From Leucoraja ocellata (lineage: Eukaryota): DNA of 64,000 nt. Positions 53,301 to 62,549 of the stretch are shown one piece after another (position 1 is the first letter of the stretch; the number at the start of each line of letters is the position of its first letter). The notes under the pieces were generated by a model. It was given only the letters and a program-made list of their open reading frames with translations, did no database searches and had not been told where the DNA came from. Position numbers and translations under genes: made by a program. The stretch lies in contig JAWMAR010000216.1 in NCBI GenBank assembly GCA_036785375.1, forward strand, positions 2,852,001 to 2,916,000, written 5' to 3'.

Positions 53301-56300
53301 TATAGGAAAGTAGTCAAGTAAGATCACAAGCACAATTTAATTAGATTTATGAGTATTTTAAAGGAATTTGATCAAGCCATTGCTTTAAAAGGTTATCAAA
53401 TAATCTCTTGGATATCTGTGCTTCAATATTTAATTCAAACACGTACAAGTGAACAATTTCTTAATGACATTTAATTTGACAATGCACTTTAGGGCAGCAC
53501 ACTGGTGCAGCTGGTAGAGCTGCTGCCTCACTGCGCCAGAGATCCAGGTTCGATCTTTATGTGGAGTTTGCACATTCTCCTTGTGACTGGGTTTCCTTCT
53601 AATGCTCTGATTTCTTCCTACATTCCAAGGACGTGCAGGTTTGTAGGTTAATTGGCTTCTGTAAATTGACCCTTGTGTATAGGGAGTGGATGTGAAAGTG
53701 GGATAACATAAAACTAGTGTGCGGGTGATCGATGGTTCGCATGGATTTGGTGGGCCAAAGGGCCTGTTCCTATGCTGTATCTCTAAACTAATCTAAACGT
53801 TCTTCTATTTAAAAATCTCACGGTCTACATCACAGAAATTACAAGTCCCTGAAATGATTACAAAGTTCTTGGCTTTATAATTCTATTTAGATGTCTATTC
53901 CAATTAATCACTGCTTTTGGAGAGACGTTGTTCTGGATATCATTCTAAAAGCTGCTTATCACCACGGCACTGGCCCACTGGTTAAACTATACAGGTCGAA
54001 GTGATGTAATGGACTTCATTAGCTTAGGGATATCGTGTGGTTGTGACAAGAAAGATGTTTAATTATCAACTTCTCTAACTGCTATATTCTTGACTATACC
54101 TTTCAACTATTTTGCTGAAAAAAACCTTGGAGTACATTTTGCGAACCACTAAATTAATTTAATGCAAGGGGTTTATTTGTATTATTCATAAAGGGTTCAA
54201 TATAATTGTGTAAATTATAATATCACTAAGGTTACTCATTGACATCAATAATAGATTTTTTTGTTCCATCTACTGATTTGAGGAATATTTTGGGACATGT
54301 GGAAGATCATTTATTCACATCTTAATTTTGAATTCAGTGAACAACTAATATCCATAGAAATCAATGTAATTTAGCATTTTATATGTTGTCCATTGCATGG
54401 CAAGTGCAAAATTGTTTATTGCTGTGCAATGACTAATTAATATCAAATCTAACCGTTTATAGACTGCAGCTTTATTTTCAGTGAGATTTTATTACATACA
54501 TGCAGTGACAATTTTTGGGTTTAGCAGCAGCTGTTAACTGTTGGAAAATAATTCAACTTCAAAACTACAATGGTATTGGTTCCAATTGATTTGTTGCCAT
54601 TGTGGGTTTTAAGTACTCTGCTATTCTTTTAACAATTGCTATTAGAGAAATTGTGCTCTGAAAGCTTTCCAGAATGCAAAACAGTAGGGGAGTTTTAAAT
54701 GTAAAGCGTGATCAAATGATTTGGACAAAAATTGCTGTAATTACAATGTACAGTCATTAATTTCTTGGCTTCAATTATAAATGTTCAAATAATTCAATTA
54801 TAATCTGGTCATAAAGAACTGAATTACCTCTGCCCTGTTGCTTGATGCTCTCTGAGATGCAGAAGAGACTCTTCATGTTCTTTATCCTTCATCCGCAGCT
54901 CTTCTCTTAGTATCTCAACAGTTTGTTTCATCTCTTCCATCTGCATCTTCTGAGATGTAATGCAATTCTCACTAAAGATAAAATATCGGAGACTATTAAC
55001 CCAGAAAGGAGACTTTCTCTTCTTATATATTTTATAAATATACTGAAAACGCCCATTAATATAGTTAAAATAAAATTGGTTAAAAGTGTATTAAGGTGAA
55101 TAAATAGCAAGATAAAAGCTGGCACACAGGTCCAGTGATGTCAAAGGGAGAGCATGCCTGTAATCAATATTCAGATGTTTTACAGATTTTAAACATCACC
55201 AAAAAACAATGGAATATTTTCAGAAATATTAACGGCTTTCTATTTCGTTTCAAAATCAAACATATTAAAATTAAAATAATTACATTTACAATGCAGAGCG
55301 AGTTTGTATAAAATTTCATCCTTGGCCAGGTATTCACCATGTGTAATGTTATGGTTATAATAATCCACTTCTGAAATTTGAATCCACTAAAGCCAAAGTA
55401 ACTAATTTTGCAAACGGAGTATCATGCTCAAATGGTGTTACAATCAGTGTTTAGTACATAAAACCAAGGATGTACTTCCATCTCACCTTATTTTTTTCAG
55501 CCTCTTAGTATCATTTTCTTATCTTTCTTCAATTTTCTATTGGTAGAGAGAATTTAAATTTGGAGTCTGAAGAAGGGTCCCAACTGTAATTGTCACCTAT
55601 CCATGTTCTCCAGAGGTGTTGCCTGACCTGCTGGAGATACTCCAGCACTTTGTGTCTTTTTTTTGTAAACCGGCATCTGCAGTTCCCCTTTCCTTCAGCA
55701 TGTAAAGTGGCACTGAATAACCTGTTGGCATGGTCCAATCCTAAACTCATTGCCTCATCTCATATAACCCACAAAGTTAATGACGAGTTGTGAACTGGTA
55801 TAAGGATGAGTAGCAGTTTTCCAGCTGCTATGGACTCGAATGAACAATCTGTTAAAGACTGGGTGTATCAATGATTCTGTGGTTACTCATCAGATTTCCT
55901 AATACACTTATGAATGCATGCCTACAAAGTAGTATAACAGTAGTTAAAAAGCGAGTCTTACAGATTCCGTACTTCAGCCCGAGCATCTTCAAGCAAACTA
56001 TGACCATATCTGGGAACAATAGGTTGGCCACACTTTGTTGTCAGCTCTGGGTCTTGAACTCTGATTCCTAAATGGATAATATACAAAGATTTTTTTAAAA
56101 ACATGCCAATGAAATAACAAAGCAAACAAAACACATTCTGCCTGACCTACTGAATTACTCCAGCACTTTGTGTCCTTTTGTGTAAACCAGCACCTGTAGT
56201 TCCTTGTTTCCATCAATCGCATACAATTTAGTCATGGAAATGGTTTGTTGCTGGTACAATTTTAAAATTCATCCTCTATTCAGGCCAGGGGTTCTTTAGC

Positions 56301-59300
56301 AATGGTAGAGAACAGTCTAGTGAAGAATTGGAAAGGATCTTTGCTGATAAGTTTGCAGTGTAGACTTTGAGTAATTACTGTGTCTAGTAAGGTTCGGACA
56401 TTTAATAAAATGCATTTAACATTTCTAATTGGAACAGTTATATAATTTGCTTTGTATGTCCTATAATACATACAATGGGACATCTCCATCAAAACTGCTG
56501 AGTACACACCTGATGAATGTGGCTTTATCAATGTACAATATGCTGTGTTATATCACTAGCCTACTCTGTTAATTTGGCACATTACCAACTGTCCCCACAT
56601 CCTTGGTCCATCTAAGGTAAATATGAAAGGAAGTTCTGGGATACATTATAGTAATTATATTTATCCGTTTCCAAAATCCGTTATATTTAATTATTGTAAA
56701 GTACAAATTCTACTTTTGTCTGTAGATTTACATCAGGGATTGGAATTGCTTCTTCTTTCCAAGTCAATTAGAGTGCTTGGAACAGATGATGAAGTTGGAT
56801 TGCTCAAACCACCAGTGATTGTTCTGGAGGCATTTAAATAACACTATATTAAATTGAACAACTGGAAGTTAAGCTTATTTTTCGCTGTGATGTGAAAGGT
56901 AAAAATGAAGTATGAGATAATTAAGAACAACTTGAAACAAAATTAATGAATACTGAAGGAAATGATACTTCTTCAGTGGAGCAGATAATGGCATACTTTT
57001 CTTTCTATAGTGGATGACTCAACTAACAGACTGTCATTTAGCTAAACTGCTAAGATTCTCCAAATGTTGAGAGTGTATTGAAAGCTCTAGGAATTAATTT
57101 ACCAAAAGGTCAGATTAAAGGTTGGAATAACAACATCTTTTACCCAGTGGTGCAATATTAGTTGTAAATTAATTATCAAGCTGAAATACTGGCTTGGATT
57201 TTACAGGAAGTAATCAAATTACATTGCTTGTCTGACCTTAGGAAGCTGCCGACAAAGATCTATTGACCTCTGTGGCACAGGCCTCCCCTTTTCTTTGGAT
57301 CATTCTTGTCAGGCATCAGTTCAAGGGATCCATGCCATGAGTAACAGTGATGTCAACAAGCTGGTTGAGCAGTCAACTACACCGAATAGTTTTAGCAGAC
57401 ATCAAACCGGGCAGCAAAACACCATTTTAAGTTAAAGCATTAAACACACCAAGTATAAAATAAAGCTTGGTTCAGCAAAAGATTACGGTGGAAGATGAAA
57501 TATTGGAAATAAACTTCTTCATGGAAAGTAAAAAAAATTGTAATAATTATTTCCAAAGCTTTACTTAATATAAAAATGTATCCAATAATTTAAAAAAATG
57601 AAATTTTCAGATGGTATGCAACTACCAATGGGTGATGCAAAATACAAATACTGTAAAATACACATACAAAAAGTGTAATACCTTTTTTGACATTCTCCTG
57701 TGCAAAGGTAACTTCTTGAACTTTTTTAAGGCCAGTGTTTATGCGTGACTGCACATAACTATAGGGAGTGTTTCTACGGCCCTGTACTTGCAGCTGCTGT
57801 TTAGAAGCTACTAGCCGATTCCTTAGACCCTCATTCTGCTTCTCTAGTTCACAAACTTTTTCCTGCAGCTCCTCGATCATCTCTTCCATCTCAATATCCC
57901 TGCCTATCCGCTTGGGGCCGCCACTCTCCAACTCAGATCTCTTCTTGTCGTTGACGAGTCTAATTAGCTTGGTAGCCATTCTGAGAACAGGAAAGGAATA
58001 TGAAAAGTCAGCAAAACTACTTTGTTGAAAATGGCATAAACATTGCTAAAGACGTTAGTGTGGATCGTGAATAATACATTTCAGGTTTTGATATAACTAT
58101 TACTGCCTGTGAAGTGTGCTTTGATGTTAATCAAAACCATAGTACTGCAATCTGCTTTATAACACTGACAAATAGCAGTTTCCGAGGGCTTATCATTCCA
58201 GCTTGCTACACAGGCAACACATACTTACTCCATATGCTTGATGAATAACAAATCAAAGGAAGTTATAAAAGGAATATACCATACGTTACTAAGAATAGTT
58301 CCAAAGAGTGGGTGTTGGAGGAATGCAAGTCATGAATCTCATACCTTAACATTGTGTTTGCGCTCTTTACAGTACCACATACAGCGTCAAGAATTTTAGA
58401 CTTTAAACCTCACAAACCAAAAGATGCAATAAAAGTTTAGGTGGTCCTTAATAAAACTCAAGCAATATGGAACACATTATTAATTATAAGTTCCTATCTT
58501 TAGCTTGGCTTTGCAACCTTAAATGAAACAATTGCAAAAATACATTTGAGCAAATAATGACTTTCAGACACAGTTTTGTTTTAAATTCAAGACAGGCCAT
58601 CATGGTTTTCATCTTTAAAAAAAAAATACTCTTAGAATCTACTGTTGGCATTTGATCAACTGTACCTTTGATTCCATCCAGTTTTGATGTGAAATACTAA
58701 CTGGGAACAAAAGTCTATCAAAGGACACATGAGGGTGATGTAATATAGAGTAACAGAAAACATGCATATCGGTGAATGGAAAACACTTGGCACGCTAAAA
58801 AAGGAATAGTGGCTTTGATGAATAGGACAAGTTACAGACCCTATGAAATTGGTCGCACATCTTTAACACTAAGACATTGTGCCTGGTTAATAACAAACTT
58901 TGCTTTTTGCACTAGGCTTGTCACATGCATAAAATAATATTTTAATTTATTTGTTTAAGGTGTGTGATGTGCTCTGCTGTGCCACATGCCAATTGCCAGA
59001 TTTAAGTAGGTAACAGTGTATTCAAATATATTTATACATCAGACAAGGCTGAACAAATGCACATGTTGAGTAACCTTCAAATAACAATTAAATTTAAAAC
59101 AAAAACTATTAAGATTGGTTAAACTTTTCCTTTATTGAAACATGTTTTATGGAATCTTATAGATGGAGTTAATTTCAAGAAAAATGAGAGGGTAATTCAT
59201 CAGACTATTTATTCTTGTTTAACTACTTTGACACAGCAAGTGGTTCAATAAATGTCTGTTAAAATATTATTGGTTTAATTAAAATTGTACCATGTTTCTC

Positions 59301-62258
59301 CCAGGCAGGTTAATTTCTAGGCCAATTTATTTGCTATTTTAATATCCTGCTGTCTAATCATCTCACAAATGGCAATGATCTAAACATTTTCTTATTACCA
59401 ACATAAAATAATAACTGGTGCTAATTAGAGATTCTTCTTTTTTTCTAACTATTTAGAGTTTCACATTTTTAACTGTCAAAATAATAATAATGATGAGAGA
59501 ATCAGGTCCAATCTGATTAACTCAATTTTTCAAATTAGGATGAGGAGCAAACTACTCCTATAATCTTAGTAGAATTTCCAAACTTTGTACAACACTAAAA
59601 CAAAATTAAAATGGGGGAGCAATTTAGAAAGTACAGTCATCCTGTTTGTAATATTTTTAATTTCCTCAAATAATTCTAATAAAGCAGTGCTAAAGCTATA
59701 CATATAGTACCATGGCATTAGTGTCATAAAATGTGTGTACTGTATACTTAAAAGCCAATCTTGTTCAGATTATTACATTACAATCAAATTACATTTATAA
59801 TATCACAACTCTTGTTAAGCTTTAACCTTCAAATATTTATTGATAAATTTATTCACCTTTCTTTACAAAATGTTAGTTTGAACTTTTTGATTTGGCCTAC
59901 ACCTTTATTTTAGATACAAATGCTCAATCTAAATCACTGAGTTCTTTCCAATTGTTTCCACGTGTTTGCTGCATACGGGAAGATGATCTAGCCATGAATA
60001 GATTTCATTTCAGTGAATCCGGCTGTTATTTTAAAATTATTTATTTATGGGATGTGGGTGTTATTGGCTCGGTTAGTCAGTGCACTGTACCTTTGAGAAG
60101 ATATTGGAGAGGTGTTTTCTTGAATGGCTGCTCCTATAATGCTAAGTAGGGAGTGCCAGGTGCAGTGATGAAGATGGACTGGCAGTATATTTCCTTCTGC
60201 AATATGTGAAAGTATGAAGGATACTTGGTGCACATGTTGTCTTAAGTGATAGATGTTGGATGGTGCTGTAAATAAACTCAGTCAGTGAGTTGCTCCAGTA
60301 AATATTTGATAAATTACAAGTAACATTTGGCTCACACAAGTGTTAGGTAGTGACTTTCTTCAACAAGAGAGAATATAAATGCCTTTCAAAAGTAATAGTG
60401 CCAAAGATATGATGGTTTTAAACTACAGCGAGTTGCTTTTTGCTCTGTTATGGTGTTAAAAGTGAACGTTTATTCAAAGTGATGGCTGAGGTAACAATCA
60501 AGTAAGCTTGTTTGTGCTGTATTGTCCGATATAAATACTTGATTCTCCCAGGCAAATATAAATTATTTCAAATAGTCTGCCTATGTTACGTGGATGGTGA
60601 AAAGATTCTGGTGTGTCAGGAGGCGAATTGTTCAACACAGAATACACAGCCTTTGTTTTACTCATTGGTCTGGTAATGCTTATGATGGTCAATGACTGGT
60701 TTTGCCACAAGAAAAATGGTGATGGGTGATTCAACAATGGGAAAGCTTTCTTTCCCCATTTTCTCACAATACAGGAGACATTCAGATCACCAGGTCTATG
60801 CTGACTCTCAAAGTAACCCCAAAATTTTAATTTCCCTAATTAGTTCCAAGTAATTTTTTCTCTCTACCATTCGATTTGACTCCCACCTGATTCTCATGAC
60901 ACCATCTCCACTGGGGCAATTTAGCAAATTAACCCAGCAACCACAGAGCAGAAACGAGGAACTGCAAATGCTGGTTAATACACAAAATGACACAAAGAGT
61001 TGGAGTAATTCAGCAGGCCAGGCAGCATCTCCGGAGAACATGGGTAGGCGACGTTTCAGGTTGAGACCCTTCTTCAGAAGGATTTAGACCCAAAATGTCA
61101 CCTATCCATATTTTCCAGAGCTGCTGCCTGACCTACTGAGTTGGCACGTCTAAAATGGAAGTTGTGGGAAGGCATTTATATTCCCTCTTGTTGGTCCTTT
61201 GCAAGCTGGCTGCCCTTTTCAGGCAGCGCCTCCTGTAGATCTCTTCGATAGTGGGGAGGTCAGTAACTGTGAGAGACCTGGCAGTGTCCACCACTTTCTG
61301 TAATCTCCTTTCTTCCAGGGCATTCGAGTTGCTGAACCAGGCTGTGATGCAAGCAATCAATATGTTCTCTACTGTACACCTGTAGAAGGTCAAGAGAGAA
61401 TTCTTCGACATACCAAATCTCCTCAATCTTCTAAGGAAGTAGAGGCGTTGTTGGTCTTTCTTTATGATTGCATCAATGTGCTGGGTCCACTACAGATGTT
61501 TAGTTATGCAGGCCCAGAAAGGTCTTGTTGACACTCTCCACCACTGACCCATCGATGATGTCAGGTTAGTGGATCATAGAAACATAGAAAATAGGTGCAG
61601 GAGGAGGCCATCTGGCCCTTCGAGCCAGCACCGCCATTCATTGTGATCATGGCTGATCGTCCCCTATCAATAACCCGTGCCTGCCTTCTCCCCATATCAC
61701 TTGATTCCACTAGCCCCTAGAGGTCTATCTAACTCTCTCTTAAATCCACGTCCTTCCTCTTCTAAAGTCAATAATCAGCTTCTTGGCTATACTGACGTTG
61801 AGAGCAGATTCTTTTTTCCAGCACCATTCAATCAGATCTTACTAATAAATGATCTTGTGTCATTTTAAGGTAGATATTGGGGATTGACAGACACCCAATC
61901 TCAGAGACCAACATCCAGTAAAGGTCTCTGTTCTGGGAATTAAAATTGATTGCAATTGTTTTAATGTACTCAAAGTAGCATAAAAAGATTTTGAAAATAA
62001 CATATTTTCTTGCCTTGAAAAATTGTAATATATAATATAATGAAATTCAAAGGTCATAATACTTTCTTAACACCTGTTAAATCGCTGACGGTGGAGAAAA
62101 CAGAAACACTAACCTTTTAATTTTATCTTCTTGTTTTCGTGCATGTTGCTTGAGTAAAAGATTTTCATCATGGAGCCGAAGAAAGCGATCTTCCAGCTCT
62201 TCACGTGAGATGCGAGACACTGCTTGGCGAGCTCTAGTGTTCTGTACACTTGTTGACT
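5898..62258 (-). CDS. RPGRIP1L: RPGRIP1L (protein fantom), partial multi-exon CDS: 20 exons equivalent to human exons 3-22; coiled-coils, two C2 domains and acidic linker
   Basis: The exon peptides match RPGRIP1L ([85 protein letters not shown]). All junctions are GT-AG, phases join without stops, and 14 of 20 exon lengths equal the recalled human lengths. Confidence 0.97.
6402..6803. mobile_element. MITE-like DNA element, probably Tc1-mariner/pogo (Tigger)-type
   Basis: TA followed by caggtccactaccgattttccgg, with an imperfect inverted copy ccggaaaattggtggagtg at ~6781-6799; GC-rich interior in AT-rich flanks. Confidence 0.55.
7045..7528 (+). mobile_element. CR1-clade LINE 3' fragment (HER1-like tail)
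   Basis: ERLQRRFTR...[17 protein letters not shown]-terminal motif; tail ggtcggcatgggcaagtt-gggcgaag...gtgctgtatgtctct. Confidence 0.85.
8020..8155 (+). mobile_element. CR1 LINE 3' tail
   Basis: Near copy of 7390-7528, ending ggggccgaagggcctgttttcgtgctgattgactctat. Confidence 0.8.
9552..9684 (-). CDS. RPGRIP1L: RPGRIP1L exon 21 equivalent, 133 bp (acidic linker)
   Basis: aaacacag|GTTGTC...CAAG|gtaaat; [44 protein letters not shown]; phase 0 to 1 as required by the next exon; weak polypyrimidine tract. Confidence 0.75.
11963..12251 (+). mobile_element. tRNA-derived V-SINE (HE1-type)
   Basis: A box tggcgcagcgg, B box ggttcgatcc, V-domain ggagtttgtacgttct, tail gtgggccgaagggc...ctaaactaaa. 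Confidence 0.9.
12529..12627 (-). CDS. RPGRIP1L: RPGRIP1L exon 20 equivalent, 99 bp (divergent linker)
   Basis: aatttgcag|TTACAA...AATCGG|gtatgt; [33 protein letters not shown]; phase 0-0, expected size and order, weak peptide similarity. Confidence 0.72.
14524..14613 (-). CDS. RPGRIP1L: RPGRIP1L exon 19 equivalent, 90 bp
   Basis: caatttag|GTACCG...AGTTCG|gtaagt; [30 protein letters not shown]; RRVSW aligns with human KKVSF; phase 0-0. Confidence 0.85.
15050..15583 (+). mobile_element. Penelope-like element 3' fragment (GIY-YIG endonuclease plus terminus), 11-bp TSD
   Basis: [34 protein letters not shown]; flanked by attgtaatatt at 15039-15049 and 15584-15594. Confidence 0.92.
16365..16790 (+). 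mobile_element. CR1 LINE 3' fragment
   Basis: ttgtattcactggaattt...gaggatcttatagaaacatataaaatt; tail gccgaatggcctattcctgcacctatttttctatgtttctatg. Confidence 0.85.
17115..17380 (+). mobile_element. Degraded Penelope-like GIY-YIG fragment
   Basis: Colinear with 15125-15380 (cggtgagactaagcgtag, ctgtcctgggcctcctccat). Confidence 0.8.
17544..17749 (-). CDS. RPGRIP1L: RPGRIP1L exon 18 equivalent, 206 bp
   Basis: cctccag|GTACATTT...ATTTTG|gtaaca; [29 protein letters not shown]...; phase 1 to 0. Confidence 0.92.
17897..18245 (-). CDS. RPGRIP1L: RPGRIP1L exon 17 equivalent, 349 bp (second C2 domain)
   Basis: cccatag|GAACATACT...TCTG|gtaata; [18 protein letters not shown]...[29 protein letters not shown]; in phase. 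Confidence 0.95.
18718..18915. mobile_element. Penelope-derived terminus in inverted (palindromic) arrangement
   Basis: gcgggtcaggcagc-actctggagaacatggatagg ... cctatccatgttcttcagagacgctgcctgacctgc inverted arms. Confidence 0.75.
19999..20150 (-). CDS. RPGRIP1L: RPGRIP1L exon 16 equivalent, 152 bp
   Basis: aatgcag|GTGTCGG...CAACAG|gtaaat; [41 protein letters not shown]. Confidence 0.96.
22008..22087 (-). mobile_element. Short Penelope terminal fragment
   Basis: Matches 34087-34181 and 49272-49368. Confidence 0.75.
23780..24072 (-). mobile_element. Degraded HE1-type V-SINE
   Basis: ggagaacgtgtaaactccacacagacag (V-domain, reverse) and a tRNA-like head ending tactgtgcctccc. Confidence 0.75.
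24244..24696 (-). CDS. RPGRIP1L: RPGRIP1L exon 15 equivalent, 453 bp (first C2 domain)
   Basis: tttttcag|CCCAACTC...GTTG|gtgagt; [18 protein letters not shown]...[16 protein letters not shown]...[16 protein letters not shown]. Confidence 0.97.
25497..25677. other. Assembly gap (181 N)
   Basis: Run of N within an intron; the flanking exons join in phase, so no required exon is hidden. Confidence 0.99.
26962..27079 (-). CDS. RPGRIP1L: RPGRIP1L exon 14 equivalent, 118 bp
   Basis: atttttag|AATGAG...GAAG|gtatgt; [39 protein letters not shown]. Confidence 0.95.
30348..30665 (+). mobile_element. HE1-type V-SINE (well preserved)
   Basis: gggcggcacagtggcacagcgg..gagttcgatcc..ggagtttgttcgttctccc..gggccggtttccgcgctgtatctctaaactaaac. 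Confidence 0.92.
31107..31286 (-). CDS. RPGRIP1L: RPGRIP1L exon 13 equivalent, 180 bp
   Basis: gttatag|GTTCGT...TATCAG|gtagtt; [18 protein letters not shown]...[31 protein letters not shown]. Confidence 0.96.
32025..32295 (+). mobile_element. CR1 LINE 3' fragment (degraded)
   Basis: tttttacacagagaatagtgggtgcctg..; tail gtgggctgaagggcctgtgc. Confidence 0.7.
32660..32710 (-). CDS. RPGRIP1L: RPGRIP1L exon 12 equivalent, 51 bp
   Basis: atttcag|GAGAGT...ATAAAG|gtactg; [17 protein letters not shown]. Confidence 0.94.
32977..33083 (-). CDS. RPGRIP1L: RPGRIP1L exon 11 equivalent, 107 bp
   Basis: atgtcag|CGCAAAAC...ACCAAA|gtaaga; [35 protein letters not shown]. Confidence 0.94.
34087..34181 (-). 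mobile_element. ~95-bp Penelope terminal insert with 11-bp TSD inside the Tc1 transposase
   Basis: gttaatcttaa at 34076-34086 and 34182-34192; the transposase tripeptide KIN is duplicated on both sides. Confidence 0.9.
34361..34998 (+). mobile_element. Rex1/Babar-like LINE 3' fragment (DUF1891-type domain)
   Basis: [15 protein letters not shown]...[28 protein letters not shown]; tail gtgacaaataaagttgatttgact. Confidence 0.85.
35249..36099 (-). mobile_element. CpG-rich non-coding retroposon, copy C, inserted in the Tc1 right TIR; (TCTA)n tail
   Basis: The TIR sequence resumes exactly after the insert with atata duplicated; tail gtggcaataaatta(tcta)n. Confidence 0.85.
36242..36377 (+). mobile_element. 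CR1 LINE 3' tail
   Basis: Matches 16639-16790. Confidence 0.8.
38474..38754 (-). mobile_element. HE1-type V-SINE
   Basis: Reverse complement of the SINE consensus seen at 11963 and 30348. Confidence 0.88.
39440..40265 (+). mobile_element. Old, degraded CR1/L2-type LINE 3' region (related pieces at ~8440-8890 -, ~12900-13390 +, ~60040-60370 -)
   Basis: Shared decayed tail of the form aaggcagctcaccaccacc...ggcaataaatgctg..cttgccag. Confidence 0.55.
40518..40657 (-). CDS. RPGRIP1L: RPGRIP1L exon 10 equivalent, 140 bp
   Basis: ggttacag|TGCTTTT...AGAG|gtatct; [46 protein letters not shown]. Confidence 0.96.
41620..41714 (-). mobile_element. Short Penelope terminal fragment
   Basis: aggtagacaaaaatgctggagaaactcagc..gacgttttgggttgagacccttctccag. 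Confidence 0.85.
41713..42182 (+). mobile_element. CR1 LINE 3' fragment (HER1-like tail)
   Basis: ctggaaagggtacagaaaagatttacgaggatgttgccagga..; tail gggccgaaaggccagtttccacactgtatcactctatgact. Confidence 0.88.
42852..43095 (-). mobile_element. Rex1/Babar-like LINE 3' UTR fragment
   Basis: The minus strand ends gtacacgtgacaataaactaaagtaaactaaac. Confidence 0.6.
43910..44055 (-). mobile_element. CR1 LINE 3' tail
   Basis: ataggtgcaggagtaggcaattcggcccttcgagccagc.. (reverse of the 16.7 kb tail). Confidence 0.8.
44062..44157 (+). mobile_element. Short Penelope terminal fragment
   Basis: gtctgaagaaaggtctcgacccaaaacatcacccattcc..gatgctgcctgtcccgctgacttactccag. Confidence 0.8.
44715..44788 (-). CDS. 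RPGRIP1L: RPGRIP1L exon 9 equivalent, 74 bp
   Basis: ttcattcag|CTAAAA...AACAG|gtacct; [25 protein letters not shown]. Confidence 0.95.
45382..45528 (-). CDS. RPGRIP1L: RPGRIP1L exon 8 equivalent, 147 bp
   Basis: ttttacag|AACCAG...GAAGAG|gtattt; [49 protein letters not shown]. Confidence 0.95.
46418..46523 (-). CDS. RPGRIP1L: RPGRIP1L exon 7 equivalent, 106 bp
   Basis: attatag|GACAACT...CAGGAG|gtaaga; [35 protein letters not shown]. Confidence 0.95.
46770..47100 (-). mobile_element. HE1-type V-SINE
   Basis: gtacaaactccacacagacagc..gttgaacccgggtctctggcgttgtgaggcagc. Confidence 0.85.
47458..48698 (-). mobile_element. Non-autonomous Helitron (1241 bp)
   Basis: Minus strand: A|TCTATATATTACTAAAAC ... 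AGGGCCC-AAT-GGGTCCT hairpin, then CCTTGATCTAG|T. This gives 5' TC, 3' CTAG, an A/T insertion site and no TSD. Confidence 0.85.
49272..49993 (-). mobile_element. Penelope-like element 3' fragment (CCHH-like region plus GIY-YIG endonuclease and terminus)
   Basis: [45 protein letters not shown]; homologous to 15050-15583. Confidence 0.92.
49337..49369 (-). ncRNA. Minimal type I hammerhead ribozyme motif (Penelope-associated), intact core
   Basis: Minus strand AGU-CUGAAGA-A-GGGUC-UC-GACCC-GAAA-C-GUC-ACU: CUGANGA and GAAA core, 5-bp helix II, loopless palindromic helix III (ACGU), GUC cleavage triplet, 3-bp helix I. Confidence 0.75.
51222..52230 (-). mobile_element. CR1 LINE 3' fragment split by a MITE
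   Basis: [22 protein letters not shown] and [19 protein letters not shown]-terminal motifs. Confidence 0.85.
51309..51723. mobile_element. PIF/Harbinger MITE (415 bp)
   Basis: TIR aggacctgtcccactttcacga / tcgtgaaagtgggacaggccct; TTA TSD at 51306-51308 and 51724-51726; the host CR1 sequence rejoins across it. Confidence 0.9.
53492..53798 (+). mobile_element. HE1-type V-SINE
   Basis: gggcagcacactggtgcagctgg..ggttcgatc..gtggagtttgcacattctcc..gggcctgttcctatgctgtatctctaaacta. Confidence 0.88.
54828..54971 (-). CDS. RPGRIP1L: RPGRIP1L exon 6 equivalent, 144 bp
   Basis: tatctttag|TGAGAAT...CAGAG|gtaatt; [48 protein letters not shown]. Confidence 0.94.
55564..55690 (+). mobile_element. Short Penelope terminal fragment (second subfamily; related pieces at ~56136-56212 and ~62390-62470)
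   Basis: agtctgaagaagggtcc..tgtcacctatccatgttctccagag..gcatctgcagttcc. Confidence 0.75.
55962..56067 (-). CDS. RPGRIP1L: RPGRIP1L exon 5 equivalent, 106 bp (not in the ORF track)
   Basis: ccatttag|GAATCAGA...GAATCT|gtaaga; [36 protein letters not shown]; phase 1 to 2. Confidence 0.93.
57682..57980 (-). CDS. RPGRIP1L: RPGRIP1L exon 4 equivalent, 299 bp
   Basis: ttctcag|AATGGCT...AAAAG|gtatta; [14 protein letters not shown]...[22 protein letters not shown]. Confidence 0.96.
60950..61142. mobile_element. Penelope-derived terminus in inverted arrangement centred on the hammerhead core
   Basis: caggcagcatctccggagaacatgggtaggcgac ... gtcacctatccatattttccagagctgctgcctg. Confidence 0.8.
61200..61835 (-). 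mobile_element. Rex1/Babar-like LINE fragment (DUF1891-type), interrupted by a CR1 tail at ~61575-61748
   Basis: [40 protein letters not shown]; inserted catagaaacatagaaaataggtgcaggag.. Confidence 0.82.
62114..62258 (-). CDS. RPGRIP1L: RPGRIP1L exon (human exon 3 equivalent), 145 bp
   Basis: ctttcaactcag|AGTCAACA...AAAAG|gttagt; [48 protein letters not shown]. Confidence 0.96.
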
Positions 62259-62549
62259 CTGAGTTGAAAGATATTGTAAAAATTAGGTTATTAGATATTC
62301 TACCATAAGTACACAATTTTGTACTAAGTCTCACTTTAAATATTTCAAAATTAACAATTGTACCTTCGAACTGAAAGACCTCTGTGAGAGACACAAATTG
62401 CTGGAGTAACTCAGCAGGTCAGACAGCACTTCACTCCAGCACTTTTTGTCCTTTTAATAAAGCAGCATGCTGTGGTTACATATTGTGCGTTACTTCAATT
62501 AAACAATGTGGGAAAGTGCAACAGCATTTCCTGGATGACAATTAGTATA

